A DNA stretch of 33,262 bases from Candidatus Planktophila sp. (lineage in GTDB: Bacteria; Actinomycetota; Actinomycetes; Nanopelagicales; Nanopelagicaceae): the NCBI GenBank assembly GCA_046070465.1, contig JBJTMK010000125.1, one strand, 5' to 3'. Each line of letters begins with the position of its first letter. The stretch's first letter is position 1. Position numbers and translations under genes: made by a program. Below, in pieces: positions 9,616 through 19,726 of the stretch. The notes below the pieces were generated by a model, which was not told where the DNA came from, made no database searches, and saw nothing but the letters and a program-made list of their open reading frames with translations.

Positions 9616-12600
9616 TTTGCGTTGAAGTACTTTGCTTCTGGGTGATGCACGATAATCGCAGAGGTTGACTGCTCTGGATGAAGCTGGAACTCTTCCGATA
9701 GGTTGACGCCAATACGCTCTGGCTCTAGAAGCTCGCAGAGTTGCACTTGTTGTTCGATATCGGGGCATGCCGGATAACCAAATGAGTAACGCGATCCACG
9801 GTATCCCTGATCAAGAATTCCTTGTAGATCTGGTGCATCATGATCTCGAAGAGAGAATTCTTCGCGCACGCGAGCGTGCCAGTGCTCTGCAAGCGCTTCG
9901 GTAAGTTGTACGGAGAGACCGTGAAGCTCGAGGTACTCGCGATAATTATTAGCCTCAAACAATTTATTAGCGGCTTGGCTGACGGTATTTCCCATGGTCA
10001 CTACATGGAATGCAACAACGTCGGTCTTACCTGAATCTTTAGCGGCAAAGAAGTCTGCGATGCAGAGTCTGCGATCTCGACGTTGACGAGGGAAGGAGAA
10101 ACGTGTGCGTTCTTGACCTTTGAGTGGTCCTTCATGGTGCAAAATCACGAGGTCATTACCATCGCTGACACATGGGAAGTATCCGTAGACAACGGCTGCC
10201 TCGAGCCAACCATTAGATTGAACTTCATTGAGAAGTGCGCGAAGGCGTGGGCGTCCTTCTTCTTCCACCATCTTCTCGTATTCTCCACGTGCCCCCTTAA
10301 GGCCCCATTGGCCTACAAATAGTGCGCGTTCATCGAGCATGCCAACGTAGTCAGCGAGAGGAATTCCCTTGACGATACGTGAGCCAAAGAATGGTGCGGA
10401 AGGAATTTCAATATCAACTGCAACATCGCTCCGCGTCGTATCGTCTGTAGCGATATCGGCGTTACGAGAGACTGGCTTTACTCGACGTTGACGTAATTCC
10501 GGGAGCGTTGCTCCAGGTTCACCCCGCTTTACCGCCATAATCGCATCCATAAGGCGAAGACCTTCAAAAGCATCACGCGCATAACGAACTTCCCCAGGGA
10601 AGACAGATGAGAGATCTTCTTCGACGAATGCGCGAGTAAGAGCTGCTCCCCCAAGAACAATCGGCCACTTCTGGTCTAAACCTCGCGCCGTAATCTCCTC
10701 GAGGTTCTCCTTCATGACAACGGTTGATTTCACAAGAAGGCCGCTCATGCCAACTGCATCGACATCATTTTCGAGCGCTGCATCAATAATCTGGTTAGCA
10801 GTCTGCTTGATACCAATATTGACTACGCGGTAACCGTTGTTAGAGAGAATGATGTCGACAAGGTTCTTTCCGATGTCGTGAACATCGCCCTTGACGGTTG
10901 CAAGCAGCATAGTGCCGCGACCGCCTTCATCAGTCTTCTCCATAAAAGGTTCAAGATAAGCAACTGCTGTCTTCATGACCTCTGCGCTCTGAAGAACAAA
11001 GGGCAGTTGCATCTCACCTTTACCGAAGAGTTCGCCGACAACCTTCATGCCCTCGAGGAGATGGTCGTTAATGATGGCAAGTGGCTTCACTCCTTGTGCC
11101 ATTGCAGTGTCAAGATCATCGCTCAAGCCAACCTTTTCACCATCGATAATCCGTCGCTGAAGGCGTTCTTCCAATGGAAGTTCCGCGAGCTCTGCCGCAC
11201 GTGTCTGACGTGAAGCTGCTAATTCGACTCCTTCAAAGAGCTGCAGAAATTCTGATAGCGGATCGTAAGTGCATTGATCGCCGTCGAATGTGCGGCGGTC
11301 ATAGATAAGATCGAGCGCAACCTCTAGTTGTCGCGGCTCAATACGTGCAATTGGCATAATTTTTGATGGATGAACGATTGCGGATGTAAGCCCAACCTGC
11401 GCACATTCATGTAAGAAGACAGAGTTGAGCACGACACGAGCAGCCGGATTGAGGCCAAATGAGACGTTACTGACGCCGAGCGTTGTCTGTACCGCAGGGA
11501 ACTTTTCTTTGAGGGTCTTGATGGCATTGATAGTTTCAAGTCCATCGCGACGAGTCTCTTCTTGTCCAGTCGCGATTGGGAAGGTCAATGCATCAATCAT
11601 GATGTCACCCATGGCAATTCCCCAGTTTGAGGTGAGATCTTCAATGAGGCGAGTAGCAACCCGTACCTTCCATTCGGCGGTTCGTGCCTGACCTTCTTCA
11701 TCAATCGTGAGGGCTACAACGGCCGATCCATGTTCTTTGACTAGCGGCATGATGCGCGCAAAGCGCGATGTGGGTCCATCTCCATCTTCATAGTTGACGG
11801 AATTGATAACGCATCGACCACCCAGTGATTCAAGTCCAGCTTTAAGAACATTGGGTTCAGTGGAGTCGAGCATGATAGGTAGAGTTGATGCCGTCGCAAA
11901 ACGTGAAGCAATTTCCTGCATATCGCGCGCGCCGTCGCGACCAACATAGTCAACGCTCAAATCGAGAACGTGAGCGCCATCGCGAATTTGATCACGAGCG
12001 ATTTCTACGCAACTCTGCCAATCTTCGGCAACGAGTGCCTCTCGGAATGCTTTGGAACCATTGGCATTGGTGCGCTCACCAATAGCAAGGTATGACGCAT
12101 CTTGATCGAAAGGTACATACTGATAGAGCGATGAAACTCCGGGCGCTGCTTCGACGTTACGGACCTTTGGAGTTCGGTTGGAAATCTTTTCTACAACTGC
12201 TGCAAGATGATCCGGTGTAGTTCCACAACATCCACCTATGAGCGAAAGGCCATAGTCATTGACGAAGGTACTGAGAGCTTCTGCAAGATCTTTGGCTGAG
12301 AGCGGATAGGTGGCACCATCAGGACCCAGAATTGGAAGTCCAGCATTTGGCATCACAGAAATTGCAACCTGAGCATTCTTTGATAGATAGCGAAGATGTT
12401 CTGACATCTCAGCAGGACCAGTTGCGCAGTTCAATCCGATGAGATCGATATCGAGCGGTTCAAGTGCATTGAGGGCTGCTCCGATTTCGGAGCCTAGAAG
12501 CATTGTGCCTGTTGTTTCGACGGTGACCTGTGCAATCAAAATTACATCACGATCAAGCGAGTCCAGTACTTCTCGTGCACCATTGACAGCGGCTTTCGCT

Positions 12601-13124
12601 TGGAGAAGATCCTGAGTAGTCTCAATGAGAAGTGCATCGGCGCCGGCATCTACGAGACCTTGAGATGCGATTTTGTAAGCTTCTTTGAGATGGCTGTAGG
12701 TGGTATGTCCAAGAGTAGGAAGTTTTGTCCCTGGACCAAGTGAACCAAGAACGAAACGTGGTTTCTCTGAAGTCGAAAATGCATCAGCTGCTTCTCGTGC
12801 AATGTTTGCGCCAGCGTATGCAAGCTCGTAGATGCGATCTTCAATTCCGTACTCCGCAAGGTTTGCCCAGTTTGCTCCAAAGGTATTTGTTTCGACAGCA
12901 TCTACGCCAACAGAGAGGTACGCATCGTGCACTGAACGAACGATGTCTGGCCGGGTGATATTGAGAATTTCATTGCAGCCTTCGTGGTTCTGGAAGTCGT
13001 CGAGCGTCGGATTTGCGGCCTGCAGCATTGTTCCCATTGCGCCGTCGGCGATGATGACGCGTTCGAGCATTGCCGCGCGCAGAAGGCCATCGCGCTTGCG
13101 TTGGGATTGCTCAGAACTCGTCAC
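9612..13124 (-). CDS. metH: Cobalamin-dependent methionine synthase
   Basis: Motifs DGAMGTMLQ, GLNCATGP, GGCCGTTP, IGERTNANGS, B12-binding GDVHDIGKN and the RYSFGYPACPD reactivation domain. GTG start at 13124 inferred. Confidence 0.96.
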   Translation of the reverse strand: MTSSEQSQRKRDGLLRAAMLERVIIADGAMGTMLQAANPTLDDFQNHEGCNEILNITRPDIVRSVHDAYLSVGVDAVETNTFGANWANLAEYGIEDRIYELAYAGANIAREAADAFSTSEKPRFVLGSLGPGTKLPTLGHTTYSHLKEAYKIASQGLVDAGADALLIETTQDLLQAKAAVNGAREVLDSLDRDVILIAQVTVETTGTMLLGSEIGAALNALEPLDIDLIGLNCATGPAEMSEHLRYLSKNAQVAISVMPNAGLPILGPDGATYPLSAKDLAEALSTFVNDYGLSLIGGCCGTTPDHLAAVVEKISNRTPKVRNVEAAPGVSSLYQYVPFDQDASYLAIGERTNANGSKAFREALVAEDWQSCVEIARDQIRDGAHVLDLSVDYVGRDGARDMQEIASRFATASTLPIMLDSTEPNVLKAGLESLGGRCVINSVNYEDGDGPTSRFARIMPLVKEHGSAVVALTIDEEGQARTAEWKVRVATRLIEDLTSNWGIAMGDIMIDALTFPIATGQEETRRDGLETINAIKTLKEKFPAVQTTLGVSNVSFGLNPAARVVLNSVFLHECAQVGLTSAIVHPSKIMPIARIEPRQLEVALDLIYDRRTFDGDQCTYDPLSEFLQLFEGVELAASRQTRAAELAELPLEERLQRRIIDGEKVGLSDDLDTAMAQGVKPLAIINDHLLEGMKVVGELFGKGEMQLPFVLQSAEVMKTAVAYLEPFMEKTDEGGRGTMLLATVKGDVHDIGKNLVDIILSNNGYRVVNIGIKQTANQIIDAALENDVDAVGMSGLLVKSTVVMKENLEEITARGLDQKWPIVLGGAALTRAFVEEDLSSVFPGEVRYARDAFEGLRLMDAIMAVKRGEPGATLPELRQRRVKPVSRNADIATDDTTRSDVAVDIEIPSAPFFGSRIVKGIPLADYVGMLDERALFVGQWGLKGARGEYEKMVEEEGRPRLRALLNEVQSNGWLEAAVVYGYFPCVSDGNDLVILHHEGPLKGQERTRFSFPRQRRDRRLCIADFFAAKDSGKTDVVAFHVVTMGNTVSQAANKLFEANNYREYLELHGLSVQLTEALAEHWHARVREEFSLRDHDAPDLQGILDQGYRGSRYSFGYPACPDIEQQVQLCELLEPERIGVNLSEEFQLHPEQSTSAIIVHHPEAKYFNAN

Positions 13125-13154
13125 GGAGAGGAGGTTACCGTAAGGTGTCACTCG
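13124..13154. promoter_or_regulatory. Divergent leaderless -10 elements for metH and the PAC2 gene
   Basis: TAACCT (- strand, 13132-13137) and TAAGGT (13141-13146), each 7 nt before a GTG. Confidence 0.6.
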
Positions 13155-14032
13155 TGGAGATTCATCAGATTCCAAACCTTCGCTCACCCATCATGGTGAT
13201 TGCATTTGGTGGCTGGAGCGATGCCGGTGAAGCGGCAACAGGCGTTATTAGCCACCTCCTCTCTACCTTTTCCAGTGATACAGACTCATCAGAGTTTGCA
13301 CCTGAACTCATCGCTGAATTTGATTCAGAAGATTTCTATGATTTCCAAGTAAATCGTCCTTTGATCTTTGTCGATGACTCAATGATTCGAAGCCTTACCT
13401 GGCCGGGAGTCCAAATTTTCGGTCTTCGAAACCCACATGGCGAACGTGATTTTGTAGTTGTTCGTGGAGTTGAACCTAGTATGCGATGGCGCGGATTTGC
13501 TTCACAGCTTCTTGATCTCACCGATGATCTGGAAGTTGAACTCGTCATCACCCTCGGATCGATGTTGGCCGATACTCCACATACTCGCGCCATTCCAGTC
13601 TCTGGTACTGGCGCACATCCTGATATCGCAGCACGTCTTGGCGTGGAGGTAAGTCGCTATGAAGGCCCGACAGGAATTCTCGCCGTCATCCAGGATGGTT
13701 GTGTTCGCCGTGGATTGGATGCGGTTGCACTATGGGCAGCTGTTCCACACTATGCAAATGCGAGCCCTTCCCCCAAGGCGACTCTCGCACTAGTAAATGG
13801 TCTAGAAGATTTCCTTGAGATCAATCTCCCCCAAGGCGACTTACATGAACAGGCTCGCATATGGGAGAACTCAGTCAACGCAATGGTGAAGGAAGACTCT
13901 GATATCGAGGAGTACATCAAGACTCTTGAAGAGTCGAAAGATGCCAATGAAATTTCAGATGACTCTGGTGAAGAGCTTGCGCGTGAGGTTGAAAGATTCC
14001 TTCGACGCCAAAACAATACAAACGAAAACTAA
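13154..14032 (+). CDS. PAC2-family protein (Rv2125 / Streptomyces ParJ SCO1662-like)
   Basis: Motifs AFGGWSDAGEAA, FYDFQVNRP, EPSMRW, YEGPTGI and WAAVPHY. Syntenic between metH and mshC. GTG start 7 nt after TAAGGT. Confidence 0.88.
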   Translation: MEIHQIPNLRSPIMVIAFGGWSDAGEAATGVISHLLSTFSSDTDSSEFAPELIAEFDSEDFYDFQVNRPLIFVDDSMIRSLTWPGVQIFGLRNPHGERDFVVVRGVEPSMRWRGFASQLLDLTDDLEVELVITLGSMLADTPHTRAIPVSGTGAHPDIAARLGVEVSRYEGPTGILAVIQDGCVRRGLDAVALWAAVPHYANASPSPKATLALVNGLEDFLEINLPQGDLHEQARIWENSVNAMVKEDSDIEEYIKTLEESKDANEISDDSGEELAREVERFLRRQNNTNEN

Positions 14033-15270
14033 AGCGCAAGTCCCAGCAAGCTATCGATCGCCCGTGATAATTCCCCGGCGCTTCCTCCGGTAGAACCTTC
14101 TTCGCAGCGGTGAATCCAAGCTTTGAGTGTCGCAAGAGATTTAGCGGTATTGAGGTTATCCGATTGCGCACTGATGACATCTTGAATCACGGGATCAGTA
14201 GGCGCAGTCTCCATCATAGAGAGAGCTCGACGTAATCGAACTATCCAATCTTCTGAGGTTGAAAGAAGTTCGGCCGACCATGAGCGATCGGTTGAGTAAT
14301 GAGATTCCATTAACGCCCATCGAATAGCCATCGGATCTGTGCCCGCTGCGACTAACTTAGATACAAATACAAGATTTCCGAGAGACTTGCTCATCTTCAC
14401 GCCATCAAGTGCAATCATTCCCGCATGCACATAATGACTTGCAAACTCTCGCCCTTCTAGAATTTCAGCCTGCGCAGCTGACATTTCGTGGTGCGGGAAG
14501 ATTAAATCACTTCCACCGCCTTGGATATCGATTGAGGTGCTATCGCCTTCTTCTGGTTGCAGGTAATGCAATGCGATTGCACAGCATTCAATATGCCAGC
14601 CAGGTCGACCATCCCCTTGGGTGCTTGGCCAGGAAGGTTCGCCCTCTCGGTGAGCGAGCCAGAGAAGCGCATCTAGTGGATCCTTCTTACCTTCGCGCTG
14701 TGGATCGCCCCCGCGCTCTTGAAAAATCGAGAGCATCTCATCGTGAGCGAGATGGGAACGAGACCCGAATTTCTTATCTGCGTGAACAGAGAAATAGAGA
14801 TCATTGTCGACTGAGTAAGTGCTTCCACGTTCTGACAATTGAGAAATAGCCGAAGTAACGAGATCCATTGCCTCAACTACGCCGATGTAGTGATCTGGTG
14901 GAAGCACGTGGAGATTGACCATATCTCCTCGGAATAGCTCAATCTGCGACTGGGCAAGTTCTCTCCAATCAACGCGGTCCCGATTAGCACGTTCAAGCAA
15001 AGGATCGTCGATGTCGGTAATATTTTGAACAAAGCGAACCTGCGCACCACGTGCACGGAGATAGCGGTGAGCTAAGTCAAAGGTGAGATAGGTAGCAGCA
15101 TGCCCTAAATGGGTCGCATCGTATGGAGTAATTCCACACACATAGATTCGATAGAGATTCTTGTTGGGTAGTGGAAACTTTCCTGCGCGCGCCGTATCCC
15201 ACAATGAGAGTTCGGGTAGAGCAAATCGCTTATCGAGCGGCGGTATCGCAACGGTTGCCCAAGATTTCAT
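14029..15270 (-). CDS. mshC: Mycothiol ligase (cysteine:GlcN-Ins ligase)
   Basis: CysRS-like catalytic domain (YVCGITPYDATHLGH, GRPGWHIEC, KMSKS) without an anticodon domain. N-terminus MKSW is typical. Confidence 0.95.
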   Translation of the reverse strand: MKSWATVAIPPLDKRFALPELSLWDTARAGKFPLPNKNLYRIYVCGITPYDATHLGHAATYLTFDLAHRYLRARGAQVRFVQNITDIDDPLLERANRDRVDWRELAQSQIELFRGDMVNLHVLPPDHYIGVVEAMDLVTSAISQLSERGSTYSVDNDLYFSVHADKKFGSRSHLAHDEMLSIFQERGGDPQREGKKDPLDALLWLAHREGEPSWPSTQGDGRPGWHIECCAIALHYLQPEEGDSTSIDIQGGGSDLIFPHHEMSAAQAEILEGREFASHYVHAGMIALDGVKMSKSLGNLVFVSKLVAAGTDPMAIRWALMESHYSTDRSWSAELLSTSEDWIVRLRRALSMMETAPTDPVIQDVISAQSDNLNTAKSLATLKAWIHRCEEGSTGGSAGELSRAIDSLLGLAL

Positions 15271-15286
15271 ATGGAAAGAGTAGCGT

Positions 15287-15979
15287 CTAGAAGGGTGGCC
15301 AAGGTATGTGAGGCCACTCAGGATTTGGATGCGGGAAAGACGATGTCTTCAGAAGGTTGTCAATGCGTGCGTGAAGAGCATCAACTTCATCACCCGTGAT
15401 GAGAGAGCGCAACTCAGTAGCGAGATGGCCATCAATCGCCACCGAGAGATTTTCGAGTGCTGAGATCTCTTCTGAAGTTAGTGGTTCTCCAGCCCATTGC
15501 CACAACACGGTGCGCAACTTATTGTCAGAGTGAAAAGTTACTCCGTGATCGCAGATATAGAGATGACCATCCTTCGAAGGCAGAAGATGGCCAATCTTTC
15601 TATCGGTGTTATTGATAACCGCATCAAGAAGCGCCACCTGTCTCAGTTGTGGATCATCTTTTCGGAAGAAATCTTCAAGATCGACATGTTCATCAACATT
15701 AATCCACTGCTGGACCATTCCCATACCAAAGGGTCCATCTCGAAGTATTGTCAGCGGAATGTGATTGAAACCGAGTGCATGATCTACCAGGTAGGCAGCT
15801 CGCTCGCGAGATGCCAGATTGCCATCTGGGAAATCCCACAGCGGACGCTCCCCCGCAATTGGTTTATAGATGGCGTTGGTGGACGATATTCCGTCTGTGA
15901 TAGAGACAAAGAGCGTTGCATTGCTCGCATCAACAAGGCGACCTTCGACATTAATCTCGCCAGTCTGCAACAGATTCAT
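15287..15979 (-). CDS. SCO1664-family protein (PI3/4-kinase-like fold)
   Basis: Motifs ASNATL, YKPIAGERPLWDFPDG, NNTDRK.GH, DHG and C-terminal PWPPF. Confidence 0.88.
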   Translation of the reverse strand: MNLLQTGEINVEGRLVDASNATLFVSITDGISSTNAIYKPIAGERPLWDFPDGNLASRERAAYLVDHALGFNHIPLTILRDGPFGMGMVQQWINVDEHVDLEDFFRKDDPQLRQVALLDAVINNTDRKIGHLLPSKDGHLYICDHGVTFHSDNKLRTVLWQWAGEPLTSEEISALENLSVAIDGHLATELRSLITGDEVDALHARIDNLLKTSSFPHPNPEWPHIPWPPF

Positions 15980-16506
15980 CGCCTGTAGCCATTGGCTCGT
16001 GCACAGAGGTGGCCTTGTGGATCAATGGGTAACCCGCAGAAAGGACATGGTTGGCGTCCAGCAGCTACTACAAGATCGGCTCTGTCGCTAAATATCAGCG
16101 CTTGTGTAGCGGTAACGTAGATGCGCAGGACTTCAACGTCGTCCGATGCATCATCTTCATCGATCTCCTCGGAATTGAGATTGAGTTCTCGTAGATCAAT
16201 TTGAATAAGCCCAGATTCCTCGTCGTAAAAAATCGCGATAGAACCAATCCGAAATTCATCAATCACAGGAGTATCCAGAGGTAGAGAGTCTCTAATGAGA
16301 GTGGGACGCTCGGTAAGCGGATGTGCCAAGCGAATCTCTTTCAGCATGAAATGGATTCGCTCGCTCAAGGCTGCAACTTGCGATTTCTCGATAGAAGCAG
16401 AGATAACCTCCGTTCCCTTCCGAAACTGTATAAAGAAAGTTCGCTCCCCTGGCATTCCGATAGTGCCTACAGTAAAGCGAGATAGATTCTTATAGATACG
16501 AATCAT
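15976..16506 (-). CDS. DUF3090 family protein
   Basis: Motifs RFTVGTIGMPGERTFFIQ and C-terminal AGRQPCPFCGLPIDPQGHLCARANG. Confidence 0.88.
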   Translation of the reverse strand: MIRIYKNLSRFTVGTIGMPGERTFFIQFRKGTEVISASIEKSQVAALSERIHFMLKEIRLAHPLTERPTLIRDSLPLDTPVIDEFRIGSIAIFYDEESGLIQIDLRELNLNSEEIDEDDASDDVEVLRIYVTATQALIFSDRADLVVAAGRQPCPFCGLPIDPQGHLCARANGYRR

Positions 16507-17135
16507 GGCTTCTTGAGAATTTCCGAGAGCGATCCGGAGTTATTAATTGTCAAGAGTGAGATTCGCTTGGCGTCGCCACGAAAGACAGTAAAACTCGCTG
16601 GCGAAATCTCTAGTTTTTGAAAATCATCTAGTTTCATGCCGATCGCAGCGGCAACCACGAGTTTGATGGTGTCTGAGTGAGAAACTATGAGATGTGTCTT
16701 GTCACCGCGGATAGCGCGAATTGAATCAAAGGATTGAGTCGCTCGTTTCTGCGCCTTCTTAAATGACTCTCCTCCAGGAAATGTCACAGTTGAGGGAGCA
16801 TTCTGTACCGCCTTCCATAGCGGCAGTCGCCTTAAGGATGAAAGTTTCCTTCCACTCCAGTCGCCAAAGTCAATCTCTGAGAACCCGTCATCGATACTGA
16901 GTTTGGTCATTGTGGAAGAGTTCCTTGAGTTCAACCAAGGTTCGAGCGTCAACTGACATCGGTGAATTGGGCTCATGTGTATGCAATCGATGGATGACTT
17001 TCCGATTCGCGTGATGAGCTCCGTGGCCTGCTTGCGGCCTTCAGGAGATAGTCCAATACCAGGAAGTTGTCCGGTGAGAGTTCCACTCTTATTTGCGGCG
17101 GAATGTCCATGGCGCAAGAAGATGAATGTGTTCAC
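16503..17135 (-). CDS. Histidine phosphatase / MSMEG_4193-family phosphomutase
   Basis: RHG motif, E.DFGDW.G, FPGGES and VSH.D.IK. Start is GTG 17135 or TTG 17141. Confidence 0.88.
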   Translation of the reverse strand: MNTFIFLRHGHSAANKSGTLTGQLPGIGLSPEGRKQATELITRIGKSSIDCIHMSPIHRCQLTLEPWLNSRNSSTMTKLSIDDGFSEIDFGDWSGRKLSSLRRLPLWKAVQNAPSTVTFPGGESFKKAQKRATQSFDSIRAIRGDKTHLIVSHSDTIKLVVAAAIGMKLDDFQKLEISPASFTVFRGDAKRISLLTINNSGSLSEILKKP

Positions 17136-17219
17136 AGCCAAAACCTCTTCTCAATCGACAACACGCGGTGCGCCAAGGTTATCCAGTTTCTCTGGTTCAG
17201 TCTTGCTAAGGTCGCGCTC

Positions 17220-18170
17220 ATGGAAATGCGTCGAGCAGGTAAGAGCGGTCTGACGCTTTCACGAATAGGTCTAGGCACTATGACCTGGGGTCGCGATACA
17301 GATACCCATGAGGCTGCCGACCAATGCCGTGCCTATATTGATGCTGGTGGCAATTTCCTTGATACCTCTCCGATCTACGGTGATGGTGATGCCGAGCGCG
17401 TTATTGGTGGAATGATCGGAACACTCTTTAGCCGCGATGAAGTCGTCATTGCAACCAAGGCTGGGGTCCAGCTCATCAATGGTGAACGTGTCGTCAACAA
17501 CTCTCGGCATTCATTGATTGCCGAACTTGATAAGTCGCTCTCACGTCTTGGAACAGATCATGTCGATCTATGGCAGATTCATGGTTGGGATGCCAACACG
17601 CCACTCGATGACACTCTCTCGGCACTTGATTATGCTTACTCCAGCGGTAAGGCTCGCTATGTAGGCCTCTCGAACTTTTCAGGGTGGCAGAGCTCGCGCG
17701 CAATCACACTTCAAGAACTCCATGCGATGAAAGCGCCGATCATTTCAGTTCAAAATGAATACTCGCTTCTCAATCGAAAAGTTGAACACGAAGTCCTTCC
17801 TTGCGTTGATGACCTCGGAGTTGGATTCCTTGCATGGGCTCCGCTTGCCCGTGGTGTCTTAACTGGAAAATACCGCACTGGAATTCCAAGTGATTCACGC
17901 GCAGCGGCGCCACACTTCATCAAGCACGTTGAGCCATATATGAACGAACGAAGCGCACGAATAGTTGAAGCGGTAAGCGTCGCTGCAGAGGGATTGGGTT
18001 TTGCTCCACTGGAAGTGGCGATTGCTTGGGTGCGTGATAACCCGTTGGTGACATCATCAATTGTTGGTGCGCGTACAGGTGCGCAACTACGTGGAATTTT
18101 GACATCAGAGGAAATCGCGCTGCCTCTTCAAATTCGAGAAGTACTCGACGAAGTCTCAGCAGTTTTCTAA
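17220..18170 (+). CDS. Aldo/keto reductase
   Basis: Motifs GLGTMTWG, DT...YG, ATK, SL.RLGTDHVDLWQIH, GLSNF and QNEYSLL. ATG 7 nt after TAAGGT. Confidence 0.92.
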   Translation: MEMRRAGKSGLTLSRIGLGTMTWGRDTDTHEAADQCRAYIDAGGNFLDTSPIYGDGDAERVIGGMIGTLFSRDEVVIATKAGVQLINGERVVNNSRHSLIAELDKSLSRLGTDHVDLWQIHGWDANTPLDDTLSALDYAYSSGKARYVGLSNFSGWQSSRAITLQELHAMKAPIISVQNEYSLLNRKVEHEVLPCVDDLGVGFLAWAPLARGVLTGKYRTGIPSDSRAAAPHFIKHVEPYMNERSARIVEAVSVAAEGLGFAPLEVAIAWVRDNPLVTSSIVGARTGAQLRGILTSEEIALPLQIREVLDEVSAVF

Positions 18171-19466
18171 GAAGTCGTTCAGCACCTTAACGCCAAACTT
18201 CAAACCGTCGATTGGTACTCGCTCATCGACGCCATGGAATAGCGCCATAAAATCGAGATCAGCAGGAAGTTGAAGCGGACTGAATCCATATCCGATGATG
18301 CCGAGCTCCGAAAGTGCCTTGTTATCGGTTCCACCGCTCATGGTGTAGGGAACAGGAATACCTTCTGGGTCTTCGCGCACAATTGCTGCACACATAGCCT
18401 CAACGAGTGGGCCACCGAATTCAACTTCAAGAGCGATGTCATGGGTAAGAGTCTCGACACGAATATCAGGGCCGACAATTTCACGTATTGTCCTATTGAG
18501 CTCATCTTCGTATCCAGGCAAGAAGCGTCCATCTACCGTCGCGCTGGCGCTACCCGGGATGACGTTGGCTTTGTAACCAGCTTCAAGGATTGTTGGATTA
18601 GCTGTGTTCTGCAATGTCGCACCGATCATGCGTGCAGTTGGGCCAATCTCTTTCAGTAACGGGCGAAGATCATTTTCATCATACGGCTTTCCAGTTGCCT
18701 CAGCGATGCGCTTGAAAAGTAACTTAACTGTCTTTGTATACCGTTGTGGCCATTCGAACCGACCAATCTTGGCCACTGCCTCAGAAAGCGCTGTAAGTGC
18801 ATTCTCATCGTTCATCATCGATCCATGTCCTGCACGACCATCCGCCGTGAGTTTCATCCAATGAATACCCTTTTGGGCTGCTTCTACAAAGTAGAGGCGC
18901 TTTCCATCTCCAACAGTGACCGAGAATCCGCCAACTTCCGAAATAGCTTCGGTGCAACCAGCAAAAACTTCTGGATGATGTGCTGTCATATAGCGCGAGC
19001 CGTAGCTGCTCCCTGCTTCCTCATCTGCAAAGAACGCTAGAACGATATTACGTGGCGGCTTATATCCAGAACGCGCCCATCGACGAACAATTGCAAGCAA
19101 CATGGCATCGACGTTCTTCATATCAACTGCGCCGCGGCCCCAAATCATTCCATCTTTGATTACGGCACCAAAAGGATCGACGCTCCAATCATCTGCATTG
19201 GCGGGAACAACATCGATATGCCCATGAACAACAAGCCCTGGACGAGTGGGATCTGCACCTTCAATGTGGGCAATGACATTACAACGTTGAGGTGCTGATT
19301 CGTAGATCTTTGCGCTGATTCCAACTTCTGCAAGAGATGCAACGACATATTCCGCAACTGCCTTCTCATCGCCTTTACCGTCGCCGTAGTTGACGGATGG
19401 GATTCGAATGAGGTCCTGGCAGATTGAAATGGTCTCTTCTTCTAGCGTTGCAAATTCGTTGGTCAT
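18156..19466 (-). CDS. M20/M25/M40 family metallo-hydrolase (Rv2141c-like)
   Basis: Motifs HGHIDVVP, GRGAVDMK, ADEEAG, GHGS, GGTD and HGVDER. Start MTNEF inferred. Confidence 0.92.
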   Translation of the reverse strand: MTNEFATLEEETISICQDLIRIPSVNYGDGKGDEKAVAEYVVASLAEVGISAKIYESAPQRCNVIAHIEGADPTRPGLVVHGHIDVVPANADDWSVDPFGAVIKDGMIWGRGAVDMKNVDAMLLAIVRRWARSGYKPPRNIVLAFFADEEAGSSYGSRYMTAHHPEVFAGCTEAISEVGGFSVTVGDGKRLYFVEAAQKGIHWMKLTADGRAGHGSMMNDENALTALSEAVAKIGRFEWPQRYTKTVKLLFKRIAEATGKPYDENDLRPLLKEIGPTARMIGATLQNTANPTILEAGYKANVIPGSASATVDGRFLPGYEDELNRTIREIVGPDIRVETLTHDIALEVEFGGPLVEAMCAAIVREDPEGIPVPYTMSGGTDNKALSELGIIGYGFSPLQLPADLDFMALFHGVDERVPIDGLKFGVKVLNDFLENC

Positions 19467-19591
19467 GGCTACATTCTCTACTATTCTCGAGCAAGAGCCC
19501 ATGTTTTGCGTGAGAGGCGAGGCATTGCTATCCTTGCCGCGGTAATTCACCCCCATCACATAGGCTTTGCTTATTCGTGGCGGGGACACTC

Positions 19592-19675
19592 GTCCGGGTG
19601 GCGGAATTGGCAGACGCGCTAGCTTGAGGTGCTAGTTCTCGCAAGGGATTAGGGGTTCAAGTCCCCTTTCGGACA
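19592..19675 (+). tRNA. tRNA-Leu(GAG)
   Basis: Acceptor GTCCGGG/TTCGGAC, D arm GGAATTGGCAGAC, anticodon stem CTAGC-TTGAGGT-GCTAG, long variable arm and T arm AGGGG-TTCAAGT-CCCCT. CCA is not encoded. Confidence 0.95.
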
Positions 19676-19726
19676 CAAGGATTGTTCAATTTCTGTGAAA
19701 TCTGAACAGTTGAAATGGAGCGCTGT

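Noticed and set aside
13124-13154. Cobalamin or SAM riboswitch upstream of metH
   Set aside because: The spacer is about 29 bp and the gene appears leaderless, so there is no room.
13070-13187. 118-bp head-to-head overlap of the metH and PAC2 ORFs
   Set aside because: Artefact of longest-ORF start choice. Starts at 13124 and 13154 with -10 boxes remove it. Similar over-extension affects lnt, pafB, AKR, M20 and rsmB.
14409-18659. Long antisense ORFs (for example 14409-14849, 15497-15988, 18270-18659)
   Set aside because: They are shadow frames fully opposite well-supported genes and have no recognisable motifs.
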